A stretch of 62,950 nucleotides of DNA, counting the filler, from Nemertoderma westbladi (lineage: Eukaryota; Animalia; Xenacoelomorpha): NCBI GenBank assembly GCA_032718475.1. It is 3 parts of 3 records of this genome, joined end to end, with 100 filler letters (N's around TTAATTAATTAA, not from the genome) between each part and the next. Parts side by side here need not be neighbours in the genome. Positions count along the whole stretch, not along the records: positions 1 to 29,428 come from JAUCBJ010008425.1; 2 more parts are not named here. One strand, written 5' to 3'. Position 1 is the first letter of the stretch. The number at the start of each line of letters is the position of its first letter. Below are positions 11,407 through 22,628 of this stretch, piece by piece. The notes beneath the pieces were generated by a model, which saw only the letters and a list, made by a program, of their open reading frames with translations, made no database searches and was not told the DNA's origin. Position numbers and translations under genes: made by a program.

Positions 11407-13128
11407 ATGGGGATCCTCGAGCCCGCGGACGATGCCAACAGTCCTAATGCGTGGCTCAGCCTCATGGTCATTACTAGGAAGAAGAGCGACCCCAACTCCG
11501 TCCAGATTACTGTCGACCTCCGGGAGTTGAACCGCCACACCATCCGACCCGCCTACTTTTCCCCGGACCCGTTCCAGGTCGTCTCCCGCATCCCCACATC
11601 GGCCCGCTACTTCTCCGTCGTCGATGGACTCAAGGGGTTCCACCAGGTCGGCCTCGATCGGAACAGCCGGGAGCTCACCACGTTCGCCACTCCGCGGGGA
11701 CGGTTCCGGTACCGCCGAATGCCCATGGTGTGGCACGGCAGTTCGGACGTCTTCAACACCCGGATGGCCAAGGCCCTCCAGGGCATCCCCAACATTGGCC
11801 GGATCGTCGAGGATATCCTCATCTATACCGACACCATAGAGGAGCATACGGAGGCAGTGGCGAGAGTTCTCGCCACCTGCGACACCGCCGACATCTCCAT
11901 CAACCCGAGGAAGGTTCAGTTCTGCCTTCTGGAGGTCAAGTTCGGCGGCTACATCGTCTCCCATGGCCAATTCCGGATCGACCCGGAACTCACGGACGAC
12001 CTACGGAACTTCCCGACCCCAACATGCTGGAAGGAACTCCGATCGTTCCTCGGCCTCGCCCAGCAGCTGGGAAACTCCACAGCCGAGATATCCCAACTAA
12101 TCGAACCCCTCCGGAGCCTGAACTCTAACTATAACAGCTGGTTGTGGCTGCCCCAACACAACCAGGCATTCGAGGCGACTCGGTCCGCCCTGTCCAGCCC
12201 CCACTACCTGTCTGGGTTCCACCCCGACCGACGGACGGAACTCCTCACCAACGCCTCCCGGCTCCATGGACTCGGTTTCCTCCTCCGACAGCGTGACCCC
12301 GACTCCAACCGTTGGCTCACCGTCCAGTGCGGCTCCCATACCCTCGCCAAATACGAGGCCAACTGGTCCGGTATGGCAGAACTGGAGGCCCTCGGCACTG
12401 CGTGGGCGGCCCACAAGTGCCGTTATTTCCTCGACGGACTGCAGCACTTCGAACTGGTGACCGACAGCAGTCCGTTGATTCCTGTACTAAACGATCGCAG
12501 CCTCGACCAGGTCACCAACGACCGCCTGCTGAAACTGAAGACTGCCTTGGCGCCGTTTAATTTCACCGCTCGGCACCTACGCGGCACCAAGCACCTCGTG
12601 GCTGACGCGTTCTCCCGCGCCCCCTGCCACCCACCAGAGCCCTCCGACCTACTACTCACTCCAGAGGACGACGCCAACTGGGAGTTCATCGTCAACGCGG
12701 CTGCGGGAGAAATACAACCCGTCGAATCCCGGGACGCCCGTCTCGAACAGGTCTGCCAGGTCGGCCAGCTAGATCCCGTCTACCGCGCCCTGCTCACCAC
12801 CATTGACGAGGGCTGGCCGACCTCCAAACACCAGATTACCGACGACCAACTCCGACCTTACTTCGCTCACCGCGCTGACCTGATGGCCCACAATGGCCTC
12901 ATCCTCCGCGGGCCCCAATTATACATCCCCATGGAACTGCGACACGAGACCCTGCTGCAACTCCACGCAGCCCACCAGGGCCTTAACAAGACGCGAGAAC
13001 GCGCTAACAGGTCTGTCTGGTGGCCCTCCATCGCCCACGACATTACACAGGCGGTGGAGCAGTGCCAACCGTGTCAGGTAGTCCTCCCCTCCCATGCACC
13101 TGAGCCCCTCCAGCGCAACCCGAAGTGA
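11407..13128 (+). pseudogene. pol: Gypsy pol: RT-RNase H-integrase Zn finger
   Basis: VDLRELN, FSVVDGLKGFHQV, FATPRGRFRYRRMP, IVEDIL, ELEALG, VADAFSR, HAAHQG...CQPC. RNase H first Asp is Asn (LLTNASR). Frameshift to the integrase core. Confidence 0.9.
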
Positions 13129-14136
13129 CCCGTCTGTTCCAACGGACCCACATCGACCTCTTCCAGGTCGACGCCAAAAACTACATGGCTGCCACCGACG
13201 AGTTCACTGGGTGGCCGACATTATATCGGCTAAACTCCGACACCACCTCGGTCGCCATTATCGACTGCCTCCGTAAGCTGTTCCTCGCCACCGTGGTGCC
13301 TACGGTGCTCCACCCAGATGGAGGCCCCCAACTTGTGTCAGACGCCATCAAGAACTTCCTCCATCGATGGGGCGTCACCCTCAAGCCTTCCAGCCCCCAC
13401 CTCCCACGCACAAATGGACGGGCGGAGGCCGCGGTGAAAGCCCTTAAGAAGATCATCCGGGGAGCCAACCACGACTCAGATGCCATCGCCCAGGGGATAC
13501 TCGCGTTCCAGAATACCCCCCGCTATGGAGGCCGGTCCCCCGCAGAACTCCTCTATGGCCGGAACATCCGTGAGGCCCTCCCCATGCATTTCACTGCACT
13601 CGACCCCAAATGGCGCCAAACCTTCGCTGAGCTCGCGCGCTCGCGCCAACCGCACGCTACTCCGGGCGAACTATGACTGCCACACCCGACCACTCTGGGC
13701 CCTCCAAGTAGGCCACCCTTTCCTTATCCAGGACCCCCGCGATAAATGCTGGACGGGCCAGGGGACAGTAGTCGAGACCCTCCAGAACCACGATTACCTG
13801 GTACGTCAAGCCAGCGGCCGCATTGTGCGACGCAACCGGGTTTTTCTGCGGACCCGGTCGCCCACGATACCACCCTCGGGCCCACCACTACCGCCCACCC
13901 CACCACAACCACTCCAAGAAGTCACACCCAACCCACCACCACTGGCGCCATCGGCGCCACCCGTACCCACCTGGGCCGACGTCGCCGCGCCACCTCAGCC
14001 ACTGACCACCACCAGCCCCCCACGGGCACCCCAAACACCGACCCAAGCCCCACCACCCCCCGCCCCCACCAATACCCGCTCCGGTCCAACCATTCGCCCC
14101 CCACCACGATACGCCAACAGTGACTACAGTAAATAA
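13125..14136 (+). pseudogene. pol: Gypsy integrase core and Pro-rich tail (frameshifted)
   Basis: HIDLF, DGGPQL, SSPHLPRTNGRAEAAVK, SPAELLYGR, RRNRVFLR, NTRSGPTIRPPPRY. Confidence 0.85.
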
Positions 14137-14546
14137 CCCTCATAGCCTGTTCATTTTAACTTTTAGCAATATATCGTTATTTACCAGTACGTTTATTGCT
14201 AATCACCCACCCCTCCTAAGAAGGGGATATGTGTAGTATAGTGCATGGCTCTCTCCCGTGAAGTCTACATGTCTTATTCATATTGACGAACCCAAGAGGC
14301 GAAGCACAGTCAACATCAAAGGAGCCTGCATCCGTACCGTCGAGCGCACTGGAAATTCAAGCGACAAACCTTAAGGGGAATAACTGCAGGCAGACTCGAA
14401 GATAACCCCGTTAGTATCAAGACCTTCACTAACAAAGTAGAAAAGGCGCTGATAGTCTTAAAGACTCTAGATGCACCGTACAAACTCAATGCATCGAACA
14501 ACATCACAACCATAGCGCAGGCACTGCCGATTTGGTTAAGGAACAA

Positions 14547-15103
14547 TGTGACGGGATCCGGGGATCCCGACCGGTTGTTTTATTTACGCGTCCCCGCCGT
14601 GTTTGAAAAGAGTTTGTTGAGAGTTCTGGTCTTGTTGATTAATCAATATGTATAAATATAATAGATGAACAGAAAGAGAATCAAGAACTACAGAATACCG
14701 GTGATATAAATTGGTGATGGCAGCGGCGACGGTAATAAAAGTTACCGTACTGCCCTTAACTGTACTGAGTAAACTAAACTGTAAACTGAACACCAACCGG
14801 TAGTATATCACACCACGTTGGCCTTATTACTCAGCTGATGCCTTTCCTGTCCCCCCATTGGTTGGTAACCTAATTCTCGCCCTTAACTCTCTGGGAGTGT
14901 TTTCCCCCTGCTACTGTCACTCTCTCCCTCCCGGAGGTGTAACCTCTGACCCCCTTTGTGTGAGGCCCTTTGGGGTTTGTCGTCCCCGTTTATTGGGGGT
15001 GATACGAGGTTGGTTGGCAATCAACCTCGTACTCCCCAATATTGCTTAAAGGCCCTGCTTGGCCAACTTTATGGGGTGGTTGGCGGAATTGAATTCGCTA
15101 ACA
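14547..15103 (-). repeat. 3' LTR of BEL element (557 bp)
   Basis: TG...CA, preceded by the PPT on the minus strand. About 11 substitutions plus 1 indel versus the 5' LTR. Confidence 0.95.
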
Positions 15104-16179
15104 CTCCCCCCCCATGCTATCTTCCCGGTGAGAAGATAGCATCCACCTCTAGTGCGCTACAATTCCGCTGGAGCCCGATCTACTATCGGGTGTGGGGTGG
15201 AGTCATTTTCTTGGAGTCGGCTTTCCAGGCCGCTCCCTCTGGGTATGATATTTGTTACCCTCTCTTGGTGCAACTTCGGCTATGTTGCACCAAGACATCT
15301 GGTGTCTCAGTGTCGGGCCGATTGTGCGTCTTCTCTCACACAATTTTTGTTTCCCCAACACTCTCACCACTCTAACTCCGCTCTAAGCCTTACTCCAACT
15401 TCTCAACCGCTCTAACTCTTACTCCTCCCCCCCACACTTGAATTGCACTCCTCTCACTGTCCCTCATCCTGTCAAAAACCTCCTCTCCATTCTCCCCCCC
15501 CGATTCCCATTCTCGCATTCGTCCCTTACACACTTATCGGGCCCCACACATGAGCGCTCATGTCAGTGGGAGCCGTCCAAGTCCCATCCTGTTGCCCTAG
15601 TCAATTAATCACCGTCCCAGTAGCTAATTGGAAAAGGTTGTGCTTGACTACGGTACATACTTTATAACATATATACGAATTACTTATATAATTATTATAT
15701 GGCTATTATTATCATATATTATATTATATGCTCGTCTACATAACGCGCTTCATTCTCTCTTGGCCTTTCTCGCCTGGCGACTTCTTCCAGTCGCTTCTCC
15801 TCAAATCTATCAGCTTCCAACTTCTCCCACGTGATATGTGTATCCACCTCCCTGTCTACTAGATGCCGGCTGTTCTATTTACACCGACTCGCCCTTCAGC
15901 CCCGGGTGGTCTACCAGACCTTCGAAGGCCACCTTAAAGGCTTTTCTATAGTTCGGAGGTGATCCTAATATTCTTAATTTTGTTTTAATTTTGTTTTATC
16001 CCTATTTGCCCCTGTTCTGTGCTATTACCTTATCTACCTTTCTGGCTACTACTTCTACGGTATATTGTGCTCTCTAGTCTCTTACTGCTAATTCTACTAA
16101 CTCCACTAGCTCTATTTCTACTAACTCTTACTATATACTATATTTATACATATCCTCCTACCACTAATTCTTACTACTA

Positions 16180-16610
16180 ACGGTACTATACGTACCCTCT
16201 TACTGACTCCTCTTACTCACTCTTACTAACCGGTACTACGTACCCTCTTACTAACTAACTCTCCAACTAACTCTTACTAACCGGTACTACGTACCCTCTA
16301 ACTAACTAACTCTCCAACTAACTCTTACTAACCGGTACTACGTACCCTCTTACTAACTAACTCTCCAACTAACTCTAACTAATGGTACTACGTACCCTCT
16401 TACTAACTAACTTCTCTAACTAACGGTACTGCGTACCCTCTTACTAACTAACTAACCTCTCTAACTAACGGTACTACGTACCCTCTTACTAACTAACTAA
16501 CTATCTAACAGACGGTACTATGTACCCTCTTACTACTAAATCTTACTAACTAACTAACGGTACTATGTACCCTCTCTAACTACCCTCTCTTACTAACTTC
16601 TATCTGCCTA
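16180..16610. repeat. Minisatellite (CTCTTACTAAC/GGTACTACGTACC, ~40-45 bp units) in BEL 3' UTR
   Basis: About 10 imperfect repeats of ggtactacgtaccctcttactaactaac. Confidence 0.85.
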
Positions 16611-16776
16611 CTTACTCACTAGGTACTACTACGTACTACTACTTTCTCTTTATTTATTTATTTTTTTTTTTACATTTTGTTTGTGGGAAGGGCGTCTCGC
16701 CCTCAATCCCACCCCCCTCAGTCCAACATTTGGACGGCTAAACTCTACTCGACTAAGGTGCGCCCTCTAGCAGGCA

Positions 16777-17720
16777 TCACTTTCCTACAGCCCTCCTGTA
16801 GGTCTTCCTATCTTTCGCTCCTATCTTACCACCTATCTGCACTTCTACCGATCGGATTCTTCCGTCCTCATCGGGGTAAGTGCCCACAACTCTCGCCAAT
16901 CGCCATTGGTTGTTGATGATGGTATCGTCTGTGACGATCACCAGATCACCCTCCTTCAACTCCCTATTCGTATTTCTCCACTTGCTTCTCCTATGAAGCG
17001 TGGGTAGATATTACTCGACCCACCTCCTCCAGTACTCCGCGCTTATCGCCTTAGCGACTTTCCAACTCTGTCGGGAGTGTATATCGTCTGGGTCTACACC
17101 CTGCATGTCGATGGTCGCTGGCCTCTCCATTAGAGAGTGACTGGGTGTCAGCACATCTAATGACTCTGGGTCATCATTTTCTGGATATAGCGGTCTGCTA
17201 TTAATGATACCCTCGCACTTCGCTAGTACCGTCCTCAGTACTCTTCGGTTACCATGTGGATGTTCATCAATTTCGTCATTAGACGCTTTGAACTACCCAC
17301 GAGTCTCTCGACGCATCCTAGAGTATGTGGAGCATACGGCGTCCTCCTCTCCCACTTCACCTGTCGTCTTCTCATGGCTGCCCTGACTTCCTCCCCTTCC
17401 ATGATGTCCAAGGCATCTGCCAGCTCGTTCTCTGCCCCCACAAAGTTGGTTCCTTTGTCGGATTATATAACTGCGATCGTCCCACCTTTGCGGTCTCTGA
17501 ACCTTTCTAGGGCATTGATGAATGCCGATGCGGTTGCATCTTGGGCGAGTTCTATCCCTACCGCCCGCGTGTTGTTACATACGAAGATAATGCCGTAGCG
17601 GTTCTCCGTGTGTCGCATCACCTTAATCTTTATCGGCCCGAACATATCCACACCGCAGTGCGTGAATGGCGGGTCGTGCGCTCACCCTACTGGCCGGTAG
17701 TGTCGCCATCTCCTGTATGG
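16777..17720 (-). pseudogene. pol: BEL integrase core and C-terminal (DUF5641-like) region, disrupted
   Basis: CGVDMFGP, DKGTNFVGA, APHTLGCVERLV, WRLARVVGTYPDEDGRIRSVEV. Confidence 0.85.
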
Positions 17721-18635
17721 CTCGCTCCTTCTTCGTTCGTCGTCCTTCTTCGTTCGTATTTTAACTCGTCTGTCTCTCGGTTCCACACTATCCCTAGTGC
17801 CTTCTGCTGGGACTCCACCCTCTTGTTCGCCATGTCCTGTCCCTTGGCTGCCGTGGGATTATCCATGGTCGACTCTGGCCTCCTGTCCTCTATGGTTTTC
17901 ATGAACTCTTGCGAGCTGGATTGGAACTTGGTTAGGTTAAACCCGGATCCTTTTAGGATGTCGCGAACCTCGCGCCCCGTATCCAGTAGTTCCTTAACCG
18001 TATTTCCAGACTCCATCCCGTCGTCTACATAGAAGCCGCGTCGAATCATATCGACGGCTTTGGCGCTATATTGATCTTCTTTCCCTTCTACTGTGTCTCT
18101 TACGGCCACAGTCGTCGTAAATGAAGACGACTTGGCTCCAATATTCTGCACCAGCATCTTGTACATCGCTATGGTCGACGGTTCCTCGTCGCCGTTGTAC
18201 CATAGGAAGCGCTGACTGTCGCTATCCTCTTCCGTTACACGGACTTGGTTGCACATGCCTTCGATGTCACAGGAGAAGGCGTGTTTCCCATTCCTGAATC
18301 TGAGCAGGACCTCAATCCCTGAGTTATAGATATTGGGACCCTCCAACAGATAATCGTTTAGGCATTTGCCGTTGGTCTTAGCCGATGCGTCAAATACCAT
18401 CCGCAGTTTACCTTTATTCGGGTCTAGAGCCACATGGAGTGGCAGGTAGTAGGTCCTGTCTGTGTTCGGTTCGTCGACCAGTGGCTCCACGGCCCATCCT
18501 TTCTCGACATACTTGCTAATCGTCTTATGGATGTACTCATTCTTTTCGGGGCTCCGTTTTAGCGTTTGCTTCAACTTGCAAAGCCTCGTGAGTACCATTC
18601 CTTTGTTGTCGGATAGCGGTAGCTTTTGGTAGTTT
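17687..18635 (-). pseudogene. pol: BEL/Pao reverse transcriptase
   Basis: YYLPLH, KLRMVFDASAK, LNDYLLEGP, DIEGMCNQV, QRFLW, FYVDD, GFNLTKF, KALGIVWN. Confidence 0.92.
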
Positions 18636-20792
18636 CTATACCATCCCTATGGTATACCGCCCCTCGTCGCATCTCATCGACTCCTTTACGCTTTGTAAAG
18701 CCTGCTTGTCTTCTACCGAGGTTCCGACCCCGGTCTCTTTCAATCCCTCAAAATCCTGTCTAAGCAGCCTCCTGAGCTGCTCCTCCGCTCCTTTGTCTTC
18801 CATCTCCCGCATAGTTCCCGCGAACATGCATCCTGATGTCTCCGACATCCTAAACGGTATCTTGGATTTGATTGGGCCCCTCAGCGTCCACCCGAATGGT
18901 GTTAGAATCGCCACCGGGTCACACTGCCTGTCTTTGCCGAAGACCGTCTGCATTCTCTCGTGGGCCGTCGGGCAGTCCATTCCTACTATAATGGATACCT
19001 TCCTAACGTCCACATCTGGTATTGAGAAGTCGATGCTGTCCAGGAATTTATATTGTTCGACCTCGATGTTGGTTGGTCGCCTGGCGTTGATATTTATCGA
19101 CTCTATCACCTGGATGGGGTCGATGGTCGCCCCATAGTCGCATCCCGGTGCTATTGCTGCTATCCCGCACCATCCAGTCCTCATCTCCAGGACCTCATCT
19201 TTGCTGGAGATGGTTGTTGCCGCCATTCTACTTGGCCTCGTCCTCAATCCTATCTCTTCGGCCACCCAACTCTCAACCAACGTGAAAGCTGCTCCACTGT
19301 CGACCAGCATCAGCGTGGTTACTGATCGATTGCCTTCCCCAATCACCCGCACTGGTACTACCCCGAGTAGTACCATTCCTCTCTTTTTTGCCCCTACGGT
19401 GCTCGTTGCCATCGTCTGCCCTTTGCCTTGACCGAACTTAATTGGCATTTCTTTGCATTGGTCGGCTCTATGTCCACCCGTCACACACCGAGAACAAACT
19501 TCGTTCCTCCTCGCGTATTCTGTCTGATCTTCTCTGGGTAGGGCTTGCCAATATCTGCAGTTCATTGTCTGATGAAGTGCATTCGTGTGCAATTGGCATT
19601 TGTTCTTTGGGTTATAGCCATCCTTGTATAGTGCGCTGCGTATCGCACTTGCGTTCGTACCAAAGTCCCTACTGTTCTTATTGCTTGGGTTCGGCCTACT
19701 GGGCGTACTGGGGTTATGTTTATTTGTGTTGATATTTTTCCCTTGTCCGCTCCATGGTGCAGCCTTACCCCCGGCTACATGTGGACTAGCAGTCCCCTGC
19801 GTCGCCGCGTATGGCAGCGATTGTCTGAGCTTTGGCAATGCGTTCGCCGTGTTGTGTTCTGGTTTCGGCCTACTGTATTCGGTCTTTGGTCCCTTTCCCA
19901 GGCTATCCTCGCTATAGACTGGGTCTGTTATTAATTCGGCTTCATAGTTCAAGAAGCTCGACATTTCTTCTAGGCCCGGTTCCGCACCCTTCTTGTCTCG
20001 AGTGGAGAAAGCTATCTTCCTCCACTTGTTGCGCAGCCACATCGGCAGTGCCTGCGCTATCGTGGTGATGTTATTAGACGCGTTGAGTTCGTATGGTGCG
20101 TCTAGTGTCTTTAGCACGATTAGCGCCTTCTCAACTTTGTTCGCGAATGTCTTTATGCTAACGGGGTTATCCTGTAGGCCACCCGATGTTATCCCTCTCA
20201 GGGTCTGCCGGATGATCTTGGCCGGGTGCCCGTACTCCCTGTCTAGTGCCCGCCATGCTGTCGTGAAGCCGCCCTCGATGCCCTGGTATTGCCTCACGAT
20301 GTCGTATGCCGGGCCTCCTGTATACACTTGCAGATATTTTAGGCACTCCGCTTGTGTCAAATTCTTCGTTAGTATTTCATTACTATACATGCGCCGAAAC
20401 TGCAGATATTCTTCCGGCCTACTTCCATCGAATTTAAATGGTTCTACGGGTGGTAACTCGATCCTGGTTTTTAATGCATCGATTAGTGTAGCCATTCCCA
20501 TCGCTTGTGCTTCCAATGGGTTCGATGGATGCTGTATAGATTCTCCCGTTGGGTGCGGTCCGTTCGTCCTATCTGCTGCTTTTCTTTGACTTGGATATAT
20601 CATTGGGGGTAGCGGCCCCCTCCATATTTCGGTGTCGCACGATCTATTCTCGTCCAAGGGGTTCGATGTTCTTATTCCTACTGGGGTATATTGTTGATAT
20701 TGTGATGGGGGAATGTCACCCTGTCCCCCCCCCCCCCCCCCACCGGTATGTTTGATACTGGGGTTGATGTTAATATATTGGGGCCCATGCAC
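18636..20792 (-). CDS. gag: BEL/Pao Gag (DUF1759-like) + Cys/His knuckles + aspartic protease
   Basis: LPPVEPFKFDG, CQLH...H...C, CSRCVTGGHRADQC, VVPVRV, LVDSGA, TPFGWTLRGP. Confidence 0.9.
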   Translation of the reverse strand: MHGPQYININPSIKHTGGGGGGGQGDIPPSQYQQYTPVGIRTSNPLDENRSCDTEIWRGPLPPMIYPSQRKAADRTNGPHPTGESIQHPSNPLEAQAMGMATLIDALKTRIELPPVEPFKFDGSRPEEYLQFRRMYSNEILTKNLTQAECLKYLQVYTGGPAYDIVRQYQGIEGGFTTAWRALDREYGHPAKIIRQTLRGITSGGLQDNPVSIKTFANKVEKALIVLKTLDAPYELNASNNITTIAQALPMWLRNKWRKIAFSTRDKKGAEPGLEEMSSFLNYEAELITDPVYSEDSLGKGPKTEYSRPKPEHNTANALPKLRQSLPYAATQGTASPHVAGGKAAPWSGQGKNINTNKHNPSTPSRPNPSNKNSRDFGTNASAIRSALYKDGYNPKNKCQLHTNALHQTMNCRYWQALPREDQTEYARRNEVCSRCVTGGHRADQCKEMPIKFGQGKGQTMATSTVGAKKRGMVLLGVVPVRVIGEGNRSVTTLMLVDSGAAFTLVESWVAEEIGLRTRPSRMAATTISSKDEVLEMRTGWCGIAAIAPGCDYGATIDPIQVIESININARRPTNIEVEQYKFLDSIDFSIPDVDVRKVSIIVGMDCPTAHERMQTVFGKDRQCDPVAILTPFGWTLRGPIKSKIPFRMSETSGCMFAGTMREMEDKGAEEQLRRLLRQDFEGLKETGVGTSVEDKQALQSVKESMRCDEGRYTIGMV

Positions 20793-21881
20793 CTATCCGC
20801 AATAACTCTCCCCTCCCCTGGATATATGTTATGTCCTTGCATGCTGTAGTCATACTGCTGTGCTGGTACCGGTATAGGCCTATCCACTTCTGGCCTACCT
20901 ACCGGTATATACTCCGCGACTTCCGGGTTTAATCCCGTCGTCCACGCTACCCTATCGCCTACATTATCTCTCCCAGCATGGCCTATAGTATGTGCAGTAA
21001 GGCCTACAGTATGTCCTGCAGTCTGTATGTGTCGCTCGGGATCGAAGTTTAACCTTCTCGAGTAATCCTCCCCGCGGCTACCGTATTCTCGATCGGTGGG
21101 TAGATCCCGTCGGGAAGTTTCTCTTCGACCCCCTCCACTGTTCTCGTCCTCGTACCGCTACACCCTGTACCCTCCTCTCGGTGTATAGTACACCTCGTCA
21201 GGTCGCGTTTCTCCGGCACGACGGCAATCTCCCGGAGTTCGACCCCATCGACTCTCGAACTCCATCTCTACTACCGACGGCTCGCTATCCGTCCTCGCTC
21301 TCCTGTCGTTCGCAACGACACTTCTTCTACTCTCTTCTCTTCTTCTTTCTGCAGTGCAGTACCCCCGTTCGTGAGATCTCTCGTCGACCTCCCGGTTAAA
21401 CTCCACTGTCCTTCTTCCCTCTTCTGACTGGGCTCGACGTCTCGTCGCTCGCCCTCTCGCGACGTCAACCTCTCGCTCTCTACTCGGTCGCACGCCGCTG
21501 GGGATACTCGCAACCCCCCTACTATTCTCCATCGCCGGGTGCTGCGGTTCACCTAATTCGCCCCGCGCATTATCCGCCGACGCTTGTGGGACACTCTTTG
21601 CCCCCCCCCCCTCTCGCTACTAATCTCTCCTCGTGGTGGGGCGCCCGTAGCCCCCCCCCCCCCACCCGCCACTTCTAACTTCACTATCTCTTACTACACT
21701 TCTGCGTCCCTCTTGTCGGACATTCTCTACCCCCCCTCTCTCGCCACTAATCTTCCGTGGTGGGGCGCCCGTAGCCCCCCCCCCCCCCCCCCCCACTCGC
21801 CACTTCTAACTTCACTATCTCTTACTATGCTTCTACACCCCTCTCTAGTCGACACACTGTCTCTACTGTGGCTGGGTCTAC

Positions 21882-22628
21882 TCACCCCGCCTCTCTCTCT
21901 ACTACTGCGTGGCCTACCAGGCCCACCTCGGGTTGACTCAACCCCACCACTTCCTGCCTACTAACTACGTGGCCTACCAGGCCCTCATTGGGGTTTCTCA
22001 CCCCCGCCACCTCCTGCCTACTAACTATAAGGCCTACCAGGCTCTCATTGGGGTTTCTCGCTCCCGCCACCTCCTGCCTACTGACTACGTGGCCTACCAG
22101 GCTCTCATTTGCCGGGCCACCCCCGTTTGCCGCGTTTATATTAATAGCACCATTATCAACATCACTTTCCAAATTAATTAAACTATTTTCTATGTTTAAA
22201 TCAGAAACGGGATTATTTTGTTCGTTCGAATTAAGGTTATTATTTAAATTATTTTGCGTAATTATATTATTTGAATTATTTTGTATATTCGGGTTTAGAT
22301 TATTGTCTAAATTATTTGGATTATTTTGTAAATTCGAATCTACATTATTTGAATTATTTTGCGTGATTACATTATTTGAATTATTTATATTTAAATTAGA
22401 ATCACCGGATAAAATACTACTTGCTGCAATAAAAGTTTGATTAGGGTTGTCCACTACGGCACTATTAATATTAACGTTTTCTACAGTATTATTATTATTA
22501 CCCCCCCCCCCCCCCCCCCCCGCCCGTACGGTCACACCAGTCTTGGGTCTGTCGTCAAGTACCTGTAAGTGGGGTATTAATAAATGTTTCCCTGACTTCT
22601 GGCTCCCCGTAAATACTACCTGAGCCAA
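21882..22628 (-). CDS. Asn-rich low-complexity ORF in BEL pre-gag region
   Basis: 248-aa ORF with an N-rich block and ~3.5 copies of a 20-aa repeat (60-bp unit, ~21905-22110). Confidence 0.45.
   Translation of the reverse strand: MAQVVFTGSQKSGKHLLIPHLQVLDDRPKTGVTVRAGGGGGGGNNNNTVENVNINSAVVDNPNQTFIAASSILSGDSNLNINNSNNVITQNNSNNVDSNLQNNPNNLDNNLNPNIQNNSNNIITQNNLNNNLNSNEQNNPVSDLNIENSLINLESDVDNGAININAANGGGPANESLVGHVVSRQEVAGARNPNESLVGLIVSRQEVAGVRNPNEGLVGHVVSRQEVVGLSQPEVGLVGHAVVEREAG

Larger units (their letters stand above)
10224..14308 (+). mobile_element. Ty3/Gypsy (Mag-like) LTR retrotransposon, 5'-truncated, with stops/frameshifts
   Basis: gag LDQFIAG motif and CCHC knuckle CRHCNTVGHYYRMC. Protease LPDSGA (~10775-10795), then RT, RNase H and integrase in Gypsy order. 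PPT AAGAAGGGGA at 14218-14227, followed by a possible short LTR TGTG..CACA (14230-14308). Confidence 0.9.

Noticed and set aside
10819-12695. Long antisense and alternate-frame ORFs over Gypsy pol
   Set aside because: Expected shadows of a GC-rich coding strand; no recognisable domains.
14547-15315. Hammerhead ribozyme in BEL LTR/3' UTR
   Set aside because: No CUGANGA...GAAA core with flanking stems found by eye.
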